Source: Mobula hypostoma (Eukaryota). Taken from it: a DNA stretch of 64,000 bases. Positions 24,850 through 38,047 of this stretch are shown here, piece by piece (within the stretch, counting starts at the first letter, position 1; every line of letters begins with the position of its first letter). The stretch is taken from assembly GCF_963921235.1 (NCBI RefSeq), contig NW_026948142.1, positions 62,001 through 126,000 on the forward strand. Direction: 5' to 3'. Both the position numbers and the translations under genes were made by a program. The notes under the pieces were generated by a model. That model was not told where the DNA came from and made no database searches. It saw only the letters and a program-made list of their open reading frames with translations.

Positions 24850-27017
24850 TACAACTCTACAGCACATTACAGGCCTTTTGTCCCACTATGTTGTACCAAC
24901 CATGTAACCTACTCTAGAAACTGCCTCAAATTACTCTACTGCACAGCCCTCTATTTTTCTAAGCTCCATGTATCTATCTAAGGGTCACTTAAAATCCCCC
25001 TCCACCACCATCACCGGCAGTGCATTCCACACACCCACCACTCTCTGTGTGAAAAACTTACCCCTGACATCCCCCCTGTACCTACTTTCAAGCACCTTAA
25101 AAATATGCCCCCTTGTGTTAGTCATCTCGGCCCTGGGAAGAAGTCTCTGGCTATTGTTACGTACCCCGTAACTGGGTTGCCAAACCAGCAGAAATGGATC
25201 ACTCAGTTGGAGTCTGGAGTACGAGAACTAAGAAAGTTTTATTAAAGAAACAAGCAACACAGTAATCGAAAGGATAATAAATGCAACAGTTCAGTGATGA
25301 TAAACACACATGTGCACAGCATTAAGATAACAGCATCAATCAAGCTCTATCGTTGTCTAGGGGTAAATGACCAATTTCAAAATGACTCAAAGTTCAGTCC
25401 AGTTAGTAGTTCAGTTCGCAGTAATCGTTGGGGAAGAGAGAGATAGAATAGGAACAACTGATCATTCAGAACACTGCTTCACTCACAGACCAGCAAGATG
25501 GCTCACAAACAGCTTTTGGGCGGGTCCTTGGTGATGTCACCTGAGGTCACCGACTGTGACCCCTCCTCCAGATGCGGTCGATCCTCTGCAGTGAACCCGG
25601 CACCCAGGCAAGGGCGGACACACACCGGGTTCCCGCTGATCGTACCTTTCCACCCTTGTCGTTGTCTGGCACTTCTCACCCACTCGTGAGAGGCGCACCG
25701 CTTCCAGGGTCTTGTTACCTCGGGTGGCGTGTGTCCCTGTCTTAGCGAACCTGTCCCTTTTTATCCCCCTGCTGGGGTATCGCCTGTCCATCACTTCAAA
25801 CAGTTCAGGGTTCAAAGGGGGGAGCCGCTCCAGACAGCTCTCTCTCCCGTCCCTTCATTACACATCTCCAGACGCTGCTCCATTGTTCCTTATCTCTCCT
25901 TCCCCTGAGGGCAGGTGGCAGACCAACTGCTGATGCCACTGATGCTAGCCCAGGCCAGCAAACATCTTAATTTTATGTGTATTCTCGTAACACTATCCAC
26001 ACGATCAATGCCTCTCATCATTTTATACTCCAAGGGGAAAAGGCCAAGTACACTCAACCTATTATCATAAGGCATGCTCTCCAATCCAGGCAACATATTT
26101 GTAAATCTCCTCTACACTCTTTCTATAGTTTCCACATCCTTCCTGTAGTGAGGTGACCAGAACTGAACACAGTTCTCCAAGTAGGGTCTGACCAAGGTCT
26201 TATAGACCTGTAACATTACTTCGCAGCTCTTGAACTCAATCCCACAGTTGATGAATGCCAACACACCACATGTCTTCATAACAACACTGTCAACTGTGCA
26301 GCAGCTTTGAGTGTCCTATGGACACGGACCCCAAGATCTCTCTGATCCTCCACACTGCCAAGAGTCTAATCTACAATACTATATTCTGCCTTCATATCTG
26401 ACCCTACCAAAATGAGCCATCTCACACTTATCTGGGTTGAACTCCATCTGCTAATTCTCAGCCGGGTTCTGCATCCTATCGATGACATGTTGTAACCTAT
26501 GACAACCCTCCAGACTATCCACAACACCCCCACCTTTTATGTCATCAGCAAACTTACTAACCCACCCTTCTACTTCTTCATCCAAGTCATATATAAAAAT
26601 CACAAAAAGGAGGGGTCCCAGGACAGATCCCTGCAGAACATCACTGGTCACCGACCTCCATGCAGAATACGAACCATTTACAACCACCCTTTGACATCTG
26701 TAAGTAAGCAAATTCTGGATCCCTTGAGCATGGTCTCCTTGGATCTCATGCCTCATTAGTTTCTGAATGAGCCTTGCATGGGGAACCTTAACAAATGCCT
26801 TACTGAAATCGATATACACTACATCCACTGCTCGACCTTCATCAATGTGTTTTGTTACATCCTCAAAGAATTCAATCACACTCATAAGGCACAACCTGTC
26901 CTTGACAAAGCCATGCTGACTATTCCTACTCAGATCGTCTCTCCAAATATTTATAAATCCTGCGCCTCAGAATTTTCTCCAACAACTTGCCCACCACTGA
27001 AATAAGACTCTCTGGTC
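24850..27017 (-). mobile_element. CR1 RT 3' portion, interrupted by a solo LTR
   Basis: ORF 26451-26894 (DFSKAF, QGSVLGP, KFADD) and ORF 25890-26096. Confidence 0.8.
25155..25992 (-). mobile_element. Solo LTR (Gypsy-like), family A copy 1
   Basis: Termini TGTTACG...CGTAACA; 4-bp TSD CTAT (25151-25154 and 25993-25996). Reverse complement of 30110-30979. Confidence 0.9.
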
Positions 27018-27164
27018 TCATAGAGAGAATCTTCATGTCAGCCATTGCTGCCTGATTTGGTGCAGCACTCTCTCACAACGTACGAAGCCTACAGAGAATT
27101 GTCCGTGCAGCAGAGAACGTCATTGGCTGCGGTCTAGCATCGCTGCAGCTCGGCACTCCTCAGT

Positions 27165-27850
27165 GCCCTACCATTCATTGTGTAAGACCTAACCTGCCTG
27201 GTCCTACTGAGCTGCAACATCTCGCACTTGTCTGTATTAAGTTCCATCTGCCGTTTGTCAGTCTATTTTTCCTGCTGGTCCAGATCCCACTACAAGCCAT
27301 GATAGTCTGGATCATTGTCTACTACACCTCCATTCTTGGTGTCATCAGAAATTTGCTGATCCAATTAACCACATTGTCATCCAGATCACTGACATATAAG
27401 ACAAACAACAAAATACCCAGCACCGATCCCGCGGTACTCCACTAGTCACAGGCCTCCAGTCAGAGAGGCAACTGTCCACCACGACTCTCTGGCTTCTTTC
27501 CCAAAACCAACGTCCAATCCAATTAACAATCTCGTCCAGAACGCCAAGTGACTGAACCTTCTTGACCAGCCTCCCATACGCATCCTTGTTAAACACCTTG
27601 CTAAGGTCCGTGTAGACAACATCAACTGCCTTGCCCTCATCAACTTTTCTGGTAACTTCCTTGAAAAAAATCAATAAGATTGGTTAGACACAACCTACCA
27701 TGCTGACTATCCATTTCTATCCAAATACCTGTACATCAGGTCCCTTAGAATACTTTCCGATAACTTTCCCAATACTGATGTCACACTCACCAGCCAAAAA
27801 TTTCCTGGTGTATCTTAACATCCTTCCTTGAACAGCAAAACAACATTGAC
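27165..27850 (-). mobile_element. CR1 RT fragment
   Basis: ORF 27345-27674 (VDVVY.D.SK.F, WRPVTSGVP). Confidence 0.75.
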
Positions 27851-27957
27851 TCAAGGATCGTAATTTTGTGATTGCTGCCTGTGCCACGCGACGATAAGCA
27901 TAGGAATAGAACAAGATGGCAGATAAGTGTGTGGCTGGAGAATTGGAGAAGTGGTCA

Positions 27958-28094
27958 AACCACAAACAAGAGAGAATCTGCAGATGCTGGAAATCCAAGC
28001 AACACACACAAAATGCTGGCAGAACCCAGCAGGCCAGGCAGCGTCTATGGAAAAGTGTACAGTCAATGCTACAGACTGAGACCCTTCGGCAGGA
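27958..28094 (-). mobile_element. Short PLE-terminus unit with degenerate hammerhead
   Basis: Homologous to 4523-4660 (AAAC...CTGCAGATGCTGGAAAT.CAAGCAACACAC...GAGACCCTTCG.CAGGA); core positions are mutated. Confidence 0.75.
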
Positions 28095-28302
28095 GGCATG
28101 CATTCAGGTTTCTGGAAAACTGGGACCTCTTCTGAAGCAGCTGGGACCTGTACAAAAAGGATGAGTTGTACTTGAATCTGAGGGTGACCAGTATTCTTGC
28201 CAGCAGATTTACTAGTGCTTTTGGGAGTAGTTTAAACTAATATGGCAGGGGGATTGGAACCAGGATGATAGAGATGATAGAGCTGAGGATGAAATAGCAG
28301 GT

Positions 28303-28305
<3 letters not shown>

Positions 28306-28349
<44 letters not shown>

Positions 28350-28361
28350 GCACACACACAC
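28306..28361. repeat. (CA)n microsatellite at a CR1 tail
   Basis: About 28 CA/CG units adjoining the (CACAAGA) tail of the CR1 fragment at 28362-28722. Confidence 0.95.
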
Positions 28362-28722
28362 AAGACAAAGGAGCAGAAGTAGGCCATTCAGCCCATCGAG
28401 TCTGCTCCACCACTCCACCAAGAGCTAAATTATTCTCCCATCTAGTTCCAATTTCCTGCTTTTTCCCCATATCCCTTGATACCCTGACTAATTAGATACC
28501 TGTCAATCTCCTCCTTAAACACCCTCAATGATCGGGCCTCCACAGCTGTATGTGGCAACGAATTCCACAAATCCACGACCCTCTGGCTAAAAAAAATTTC
28601 TCCTCATCTCTGTTTTAAATGGGTACCCTCTAGTTCTAAGACTGTGGCCTCTTGTCCTGGACTCACCCATCAAGGGAAACAACCTTTCCACATCTACCCT
28701 GTCCAACCCTTTCAACATTTTA
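28362..28722 (-). mobile_element. CR1 3'-end fragment
   Basis: LKGLDRVDVERLFP...RTRGHSL...RRNFF in ORF 28587-28829. Confidence 0.8.
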
Positions 28723-29392
28723 ACATGTAGATGATGGGTGTAATAGAATGCAAGGAACAGCAAGTCAATGATTGGGTACAAATGCAGACAGAGCAAAGAG
28801 TTAAATTGTACCACAGAGGCAAAATTCAAAGGGTGAAAAATTCAGGACTAAAGGTGCTATATTTTAATGCACGTAGTATTAAAAATAAAGTGGACAAACG
28901 CATGGCACAATTAGAGATTGGTCGGTATGACATTGTGGACATCACAGAGTCATGGCTGAAAGATTGCCATAGTTGGGAGCTTAACATCAAAGGATATACT
29001 TTGAAACAAAAGGACACAGGAAGGCTTGGGTGGTAGCCCGGCTCTGTTAGTAAGAGATGGAATTACATCTTTAGAAAGAGGTGACATAGGGTCAGAGAAT
29101 GTTAAATCTTTGTGGGTGGAGTTAAGAAATTGCAAGGGTGAAAAACCATTATGAGAATCATATAGAGGCCTCCAAATAGTAACCAAGATGTGGGATTCAG
29201 ATTGCAAAGGGAGCTGGAAAAAGCATGTAACAAGGGTAATGACACAATTGTAATGGGGGACTTCAATATGCAAGGGGATTGGGAAAATCCGGTTGGTGTC
29301 GGATTGCAAGAGAGGGAATTTGTTGAATGTCTACGAGGTGGCTTTTTAGAGCAGCTTGTGCTTGAGCCTACTCGGGGAAAGGCTATCTTAGA

Positions 29393-31520
29393 AACATAGA
29401 AACATAGAAACATAGAAAATAGGCGCAGGAGTAGGCCATTCGGCCCTTCGAGCCTGCACCGCCATTTATTATGATCATGGCTGATCATCCAACTCAGAAC
29501 CCTGCACCAGCCTTCCCTCCATACCCCCTGATCCCCGTAGCCACAAGGGCCATATCTAACTCCCTCTTAAATATAGCCAATGAACTGGCCTCAACTGTTT
29601 CCTGTGGCAGAGAATTCCACAGATTCACCACTCTCCGTGTGAAGAAGTTTTTCCTAATCTCGGTCCTAAAAGGCTTCCCCTTTATCCTCAAACTGTGACC
29701 CCTCGTTCTGGACTTCCCCAACATCGGTAACAATCTTCCTGCATCTAGCCTGTCCAATCCCTTTAGGATTTTATACGTTTCAATCAGATCCCCCCTCAAT
29801 CTTCTAAATTCCAACGAGTACAAGCCCAGTTCATCCAGTCTTTCTTCATATGAAAGTCCTGCCATCCCAGGAATCAATCTGGTGAACCTTCTTTGTACTT
29901 CCTCTATGGCAAGGATGTCTTTCCTCAGATTAGGGGACCAAAACTGCACACAATACTCCAGGTGTGGTCTCACCAAGGCCTTGTACAACTGCAGTAGTAC
30001 CTCCCTGCTCCTGTACTCGAATCCTCTCATTATAAATGCCAGCATGCCATTTGCCTTTTTCACCACCTGCTGTACCTGCATGCCCACTTTCAATGACTGG
30101 TGTATAATGTGTTACGAGAATACACATAAAATTAAGATGTTTGCTGGCCTGGGCTAGCATCAGTGGCATCAGCAGTTGGTCTGCCACCTGCCCTCAGGGG
30201 AAGGAGAGATAAGGAACAATGGAGCAGCGTCTGGAGATGTGTAATGAAGGGATGTGGGAGGAAGAGCTGTCTGGAGCGGCTCCCCCCTTTGAACCCTGAA
30301 CTGTTTGAAGTGATGGACAGGCGATACCCCAGCAGGGGGATAAAAAGGGACAGGTTCGCTAAGACAGACACACACGCCACCCGAGGTAACGAGACCCTGG
30401 AAGCGGTGCGCTTCTCACGAGTGGGTGAGAAGTCCCAGACAACGACAAGGGTGGAAAGGTACGATCAGCGGGAACCCGGTGTGTGTCCGCCCTTGCCTGG
30501 GTGCCGGGTTCACTGCAGAGGATCGACCGCATCTGGAGGAGGGGTCACAGTCGGTGACATCACCAAGGATCCGCCCAAAAGCTGTTTGTGAGCCATCTCG
30601 CTGGTCTGTGAGCCATCTTGCTGGTCTGTGAGTGAAGCCGTTCTGAATGATGAGTTGTTCCTATTCTATCTCTCTCTTCCCCCACGTTGTCCACCGCCAT
30701 GGCAACGATTACTGCGAACTGAACTACTAAACTGGACTGAACTTTGAGTCATTTTGAAATTGGTCATTTACCCCTAGACAACGATAGAGCTTGATTGATG
30801 CTGTTATCTTAATTCTGTGCACATGTGTGTTTATCATCACTGAACTGTTGCATTTATTATCCTTTCGATTACTGTGTTGCTTGTTTCTTTAATAAAACTT
30901 TCTTAGTTCTAGTACTCCAGACTCCAACTGAGTGATCCATTTCTGCTGGTTTGGCAACCCAGTTACGGGGTACGTAACAAATGACACCCAGGTCTCGTTG
31001 CATCTCCTCTTTTCCTAATCGGCCACCATTCAGATAATAATCTGTTTTCCTATTTTTGCCACCAAAGTGGATAACTTCACATTTATCCACATTAAATTGC
31101 AACTGCCATGAATTTGCCCACTCACCCAACCTATCCAAGTCACCCTGCATCCTCTTAGCATCTTCCTCACAGCTAACACTGCCGCCCAGCTTCGTGTCAT
31201 CCGCAAACTTGGAAATGCTGCATTTAATTCCCTCATCCAAGTCATTAATATATATTGTAAACAACTGGGGTCCCAGCACTGAGCCTTGTGGTACCCCACT
31301 AGTCACTGCCTGCCATTCTGAAAAGGTCCCGTTTATTCCCACTCTTTGCTTCCTGTCTACTAACCAATTCTCTATCCACATCAATACTTTACCCCCAATA
31401 CCATGTGCTTTAAGTTTGCACACTAATCTCCTGTGTGGGACCTTGTCAAAAGCCTTTTGAAAATCCAAATATACCACATCCACTGGTTCTCCCCTATCTA
31501 CTCTACTAGTTACATCCTCA
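29393..31520 (-). mobile_element. Young CR1 RT 3' half, interrupted by a solo LTR
   Basis: Open RT ORFs 30869-31483 and 29494-30093; (CATAGAAA)n tail; TSD TTAGA (29388-29392 and 31521-31525). Same subfamily as 54897-57686. Confidence 0.92.
30110..30979 (+). mobile_element. Solo LTR (Gypsy-like), family A copy 2
   Basis: Termini TGTTACG...CGTAACA; TSD AATG (30106-30109 and 30980-30983); TATA-like GATAAAA at ~30339; AATAAA at 30891. Confidence 0.9.
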
Positions 31521-33834
31521 TTAGATTGGGTGTTGTGTAATAACCAGATCTTATTAGGGAGCTGAATGTAAAGGAACCATTAGGAGACAGTGATCATAAT
31601 ATGATTGACTTCATCCTGCAATTTGAGAAGGAGAAGCATAACTTACATGTACCTGTATCATAATGGAATAAAGGGAATTATAGTGGCATGAGAGAGGAGC
31701 TAGCCCAGCTGGATTGCAGGGGGATACTGGTGGAGATGACAGCAAACCCAAGATGGCTGAAGTTTCCGGGAATAGTCAGCAAGTTGCAGGATAGATATGT
31801 CCCACAGAGGAAGAAGTTTTCAAACGGCAGAGGTAGGCAACTGTGGCTGATAAAGGAAGTTAAGGACTGCATAAAAGCCAAGGAAAGGGCACATAAGGTA
31901 GCAAAAGTGAGTGGGAACTTGGATGATTGGGAAGCTTTCAAAATCCAGCAAAAGGCAAATAAAAAAGCTATAAGAAGGGAAAAGATGAAATATGGGGGTA
32001 GACTAGCCAATAGTATGAAGCAGGATACCAAAAGTTTTTAGAGTTATATAAAGAATAAAAGGGAGGTGAGAGATGATATTGGACCATTGGAAAATGATGC
32101 AGGAGAGGTAACAATGGGGGACAAAGAAATGACAGATGAAGTTAATGGGTACTTTGCATCTGTCTTCACTGTGGAAGACACCAGCAGTGTACCAGAGGTC
32201 TGTAAGTATCAGGGAGCTAGAGTGAATGCCATTGCTACTGTAAAGGAAAAAGAGCTAGGCAAACTCAAAGGTCCTAAGGTAGATAAATCACATGGACCAG
32301 ATTATCCCAGAGTCCTGAGAGGTTGCTGAAGAGATTGTGGACGCATTGGTCATGATCTTTCAAGAATCACTTGATTCTGGCATGGTCCTGGAGGACTGAA
32401 AGATTGCAAATGACACACCAATCCTTAAGAAGGGACAAAGGCAAAAGAAAGGAAATTATAGGCCAGTTAGCCAAACCTCAGTGGTTAGGAAAATGTTGGA
32501 GTCTATTATTAAGGATGAGATTTTGAGGTACTTGGAGACTAATGATAAAATAAGTTAACATCAGCATGGTTTCTGTAAAGGAAAATCTTGCCTGAAAAAT
32601 CTGTTAGAGTTCTTCAAGGAACTAACAAATAGGGTGGACAAAGGAGAGGCAGTCGATGTCATTTATTTGGATTTTCGAAGGCATTTGTTAAGTTGCCACA
32701 CACGAGGCTGCTTAACAAGATAAAATCCTATGGTGTTACAGGAAAGATACTGGCATGGATAGAGGAATGGCTGACAGGCAGGAGGCAGCGAGTGGGAATA
32801 AAAGGGACCTTTTCTGGTTGGCTGTTGGTGACCAGTCCTGTTCCTCAGGGGTCAGTATTGGGACTGCTGCTTTTCACATTGACAATGAGTTAGATAATGG
32901 AATTGATGGCTTTGTGGCAAAGTTTGGAGATGATACAAAGATATGTGGAGGGGTTGGTAGTGCTGAGGAAGCAATGTGATTGCAGCAGGACTTAAGACAA
33001 ATTGGAACAATGGACAAAAAAGTGGCAGATGGAATACAGTGTCAGAAAATGTATGATAATGCATTTTGGTAAAAGGAACTATAGTGCGGACTATTAGCTA
33101 AATGGGGAGAAGATTCAAACATCAGAGGTGCAGAGGGAGTTAGGAGTCCTCGTGCAAGACTACCAGAAGGTTAATTTACAGGTTGTGTTTGTGGTAATGA
33201 AGACAAATGCAGCATTGGCATTTACTTCATGGGGAATATATTATAAAAGCAAGGAGATAATGCCGAGGTTTTATAAGTTACTAGTCAGGCTGCACTTGGA
33301 GTATTGTCAACAGTTTTGGGTACCACATCTCAGAAAGAATGGGTTATCATTGGAGAGAGTGCAGAGGAGGTTCACATGGATGATTCTGGGAATGATGGGG
33401 TTGACATATGAGGGGCGTTTGGCAGCTTTGGGCTGGCACTCACTGGAATTTAGAAGAATGCGGGGTATTTCATTGAAACCTACTGAATGTTGGATGTGGA
33501 GAGGATGTTTTCTGTGGTGGTGGTACACAGAACTAGAGGACACAGCCTCAAAATTGAGGGACAACCTTTTAGAACACAAGTAAGGAGGAATTTTTTTAGC
33601 CAGAGAGTGGTGAATCTATGGAATGCTCTGCCACAGACTGCGGTGGAGGCCAAGTCCGTGGGTATATTTAAAGTAGAAGTTGATAGATTGCTGATTGGCC
33701 GGGGCATCAAGGGATATGGTGAGAGGGCAGGAGCATGGGGTTGAAAGGAATCTGGGATCAGCCACGTTGAAATGGCACGGCGGATACAATGGGCTGAATG
33801 GCCTAATTCTGCTCCTATGTCTTATGGTCTAAGT

Positions 33835-36027
33835 TAGAAGAAACCCCCAGAGCCAGTGATCACAATATGATTGAGTTCAACTTGAAATTTGATTGGGAGA
33901 AAGTAAAGTCTGATGCAGCAGCATTTCAGTGGAGTAAAGGAAATTACAGTGGTATGAGAGAGGAGTTGGCCAAAGTAAATTGGAAGGAGCTGCTGGCAGG
34001 GATGACAGCAGAGCAACAATGGTGTGTGTTATAGGGGAAAATGGCGATGGTGCAGGATAGATGTATTCCAAAAACAAAGAAATACTCAAATGGCAAAACA
34101 GTACAACCGTGGCTGACAAGGGAGGTCAAAGCTGATGTAAAAGCAAAAGAGAGGGCGTACAACAAAGTAAAAATTAGTGGGAAGACAGAAGATCGAAAGG
34201 ATTTTTAAATCCTACAGAGAGCAACTAAAAGAATCTTTAGGAGGGAAAAGATGAAATATGAAAACAAGATAGCAAACAATATCAAGGCAGATAGCAAAAG
34301 CATTTTCAAGCGTGTGTAAAATAAGAGAGAGATAAGAGTGGATATAGGATCACTAGAAAATGAAGCCAGAGAAATAATAATAGGGGCCAAGGAGATTGTA
34401 GATGAATGAAATGAGTATTTTGCATCAGTCTTCACTGTGGAAGAGACTGGCCATGTGCCAGACGTTGAAGGGTGCGAGGGGAGAGAAGTGAGTGCAGTTA
34501 CTATGATAAGGAAGAAGGTGCTCAAAAAACTGTAAGAGCTGAGGGTACATAAGTCACCAGACCAGATGAAGAGCACCATAGAGCTCTGAAAGAGGTAGCA
34601 GTAGAGATTGTGAAGTTATTGGTAATAATCTTTCAAAAATCATTGGATTCTGGCATGGTGCCAGAGGACTGGAAAATTGCAAATGTCACTTCACTCTTTA
34701 AGAAAGGAGGAAGGCAGCAGAAGGGAAATTATAGACCAGTTAGCCTGACCTCAGTGGTTGGGAAGATCTTGGAGTCAATTGCTAAGGATGAGTTTATGGA
34801 GTACTTGGTGACACAGGACAAGATAGAACAAAGTCAGCATGGTTTCCTTCAGGGAAAATCCTGCCTGACAAACCTGTTGGAATTCTTTGAGGAGATTACA
34901 AGTAGGATAGATAAAGGGGATGCAGTGGATGTTGTACATTTGGCCTTTCAGAAGGTGTCACACGTGAAGCTGCTTACCAAGTTAGAGCCCATGGTATTAC
35001 AAGAAAGTTACTGGCATGGTTAGAGCATTGGTTGATTGGTAGGAGGCAGCAAGTGGGAATAAAAGGATTCTTGTCTGGTTAGCTGCCAGTGACTAGTGGT
35101 GTTCCATAAGAATTGGTTTTGGGACCACTTCTTTTTATGCTGTATATCAATGATCTAGATGATGCAATAGGTAGCTTTGATGCCAGGTTTGCAGATGATA
35201 TGAAGATTGGTGGAGGGGTAGGTAGTGTTGAGAAAACAGGTAGGCTTCAGAAGGACTTAGATTAGGAGAATGGGCAAGAGAGTGACAAATGAAATACAAT
35301 GTTGGAAAATGCATGGTCATGCACTTTGTTAGTAGAAATAAATATGCAGACTATTTTCTAAATGGGGAGAAAATCCAAAAATCTAAGGTGAATCAGAGAT
35401 GCAGAGGGACTTGGGAGTCCTTGTGCAGAACACCCTAAAGCTTAACTGGTAGGATGAGTCGGTGGTGAGGAAGGCAAACACAATGTTAGCATTCATTTCA
35501 AGAGGTCGAGAACACAAGAGCAGCAATGTGATGCTGAAGCCTCACCTTGAGTGTTGTGAACAGTTTGGGGCTCCTCAACTGAGAAAAGATGTGCTGGCAT
35601 TGGAGAGGGTCGAGAGAAGGTTCACAAGGATGATTCCAGGAATGAAAGGTTATCATACAAGAATTTTGATGGCTCTGGATCTGTACTTATTGGAATTTAG
35701 AAGGGTGAGGGGGGAATCACATTGACACCTTTGGAATTTTGAAAGGCCTAGACAGACTTGATGTAGAAAGGACATTTCCCATGATGGGGGAGTCTAGGAC
35801 AAGAGGGCACGGCCTCAGTTTAGAGGAGTGTCCATTTAAAACAGTGATGCAGAAGAATTTCTTTAGTCAGAGGGTGGTGAATTTATGGAACTTGTTACCA
35901 CGGGCAGTGTGGAGGCCAGGTTTTTGGGTATATTTAAGGCAGAGCTTGACAGACTCTTGATCAGACACGACATCAAAGGTTACAGGGAGTGGGGCTGAAG
36001 TGGGGAGATAAGGATCACCCATAATTG
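33835..36027 (+). mobile_element. CR1 ORF2, 5'-truncated and decayed
   Basis: SDHN, PEDWKIANV, QHGF and RGH motifs; tail tcttatatcttgtgg. Confidence 0.85.
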
Positions 36028-37407
36028 AATGGTGGAATAGAATCAATGGGCCAAATGGCCTATTCTGCTCTTATATCTTGTGGTTTTCTCAAGCTTCTAA
36101 TCTCCAGTTTGCCACTGCTCAAAGCATTGGAGACATTAATTTAAGATTAGGGGAAAAAGTTTAATTGATGTGAAGATGAGATTTATTTTGGCAATGAATT
36201 GTGGGTATCTAGAAAGTGCAGCCAGGGAAGATGGTGGAAGCAGATATGAAAGCAACATTTGAGACATTTAGAGAGCAATATGAATGTTCAGGCAATGGCA
36301 AGGTGAAGACCATGTGCAGACAGGTGGGATCAGTGAGACTGGCAGACATGACGGTCCATGTCTATGTTCTAGGATCACAGCTAATGTTTCTAAGAGTCAC
36401 TTTCTTGTATACTCACAAAATCCTTCGATCTCAAAGTAACTGAAATCTCTGCGGCAGCAGTCTATGATCTCCACAGCAGACCACTCCAGGGCCCCTTCAG
36501 CTGAAACTCATGGCTGCCAATAAGTTTTTGGTTTTCTGCCAGAAATTTGTTCTGAACTTTGTAACACATGGCTGCACTGCCCACGAGTTCACATATTTCC
36601 CGGAATCTCTTGGCCAGAGTCCTCCCAGTTGACATTAACATCTTCTCACGGACGTCCAGAGCCCTCCTGCTTCAGGGCTCTCTTCCCTTCCCCTTGTACT
36701 CTTAATTTTCCAAACTCCCAGGGTATTGACAACAATAGCTTAGTTTGCAGATATAAACTGAAACACTCCAGTTTTACATAAAAACATTCCACAACTTTTC
36801 ATATGAATTTTTTCTGACTTACAGCCATGCCTCAACAGTTTTTGCAGGGAGTTTGGGTCCTGCCGGTTGGTTCCAGATGTGGCCAGAACCCTCCTACATA
36901 GTCAGTGGACCAATGTTTCCCCCTCCTGTTCACACAAAGCAGCAGCATCAGCAGTAGTAACAACAAGGCTGAAAACCTCAACCAAGGCAGCCAATTAAAG
37001 CCACATTTGTCTGTCATCAGAAGCTGGAGAAAGCAGGAGTAACGGATTGGTGGGTGCAAAGGAAAGGCAGGGAAAGACCAGCAAGGCTGGAAACAATGGA
37101 GGTGAGCAAAGCGAAGGAGCACTGCAGACTGGCAACGCTGCGAAGGCTGTCCAGGTTACGAAGTCCTGGTGTAAGAGATATTCAGGCGCTCATCAAAGAA
37201 TATCTCAGGTATAGGCAGCTGGGATCAAGCGAACCTTGAGGAATCTCAGGCTTGTAGGAACACACGGAAGATGTTCTGCTGAGTATTATGGGCATGCTAT
37301 GTTGGCACCAGAATGTGTGACCACATGCAGGCTGACCCCAGCACAAATTTGGATCTGTCAGTTGTTATCACAAATGGCACATTTCAAAGTACATGTGAAG
37401 TACATGA

Positions 37408-38036
37408 GGGCAGGAGAAGATGGTGGCACGCCGCGCGTGCGCAGCCCTCCAGTGAAAAATGATATCATATCTGTTAAATAGGGGCTGTGGACAATTCTGA
37501 TCTGATGGAAAGGGACGTGAAAGTACAGCGGAACATCTGGAGAAATTTCTGAAATGCCCGTTAGCTGTTGTCGTTACTGCGCGGTTGGGAATCTTTCGGA
37601 GGATAGGCCTCAAAATCCCCGGCCTTGCCTGCTGTTGGCGACCGAGAAGGAGGTCGAATTGTTCAGATAGAGATGGCACTCAGTACTCGGTGTCAGAGAG
37701 CTGATCAGAGCTCAAAGTTTTCGGATGACTCAAGAGTCGGATTGTGGTTGGCATGGCAGGGAGAGTTTTTCTTCCTTCTCCCGTCTGCGTGAGATGTGGG
37801 ACACTTGAGAGACTTTGAACTTTGCTGTGCTCATGGACTTCTTCATCAAGTTATGGTATCGTTGCACTGTTGTAACTACATGTTATAGTTATGTGGTTTT
37901 GTCAGTTTTTTCAGTCTTGGTCTGTCCTGTGTTTTGAGATATCACACCGGAGGAAATATTGTATCATTTCTTAATGCATGCATTACTAAATGACAATAAA
38001 AGAAGACTACGTATCTTCATAATCTAAAAATAAATC
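37408..38036 (+). mobile_element. Non-coding non-autonomous retroelement (family X, copy 2)
   Basis: Starts GGAGAAGATGGTG, shares blocks with 8447-9128 (GGAACATCTGG.GAAA.TTCTGAAATG; ATGCATGCATT.CTAAATGACAATAAA) and has a 3' hairpin. Flanked by TACAT(G/A)TGAA. Confidence 0.72.
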
Positions 38037-38047
38037 TACATATGAAT

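Larger units (their letters stand above)
27890..33830 (+). mobile_element. Decayed CR1 (ORF1 end + ORF2) hosting several insertions
   Basis: ORF1 C-terminus at ~28095-28240, EN (YFNARSI, ITESWL, GDFN) and RT pieces through to the tail at ~33830. Interrupted at 27958-28094, 28306-28722 and 29393-31520. Confidence 0.8.

Noticed and set aside
25155..30979. LTR pair as a full provirus or composite transposon
   Set aside because: The LTRs are inverted, each has its own TSD, and the interval holds only CR1 debris with no gag/pol, PBS or transposase.
36832..37122. 96-aa membrane or secreted protein gene
   Set aside because: The hydrophobic run derives from a (CAG/TAG)-like low-complexity tract, there is no recognisable homology, and a stop precedes the nearby donor-like site.
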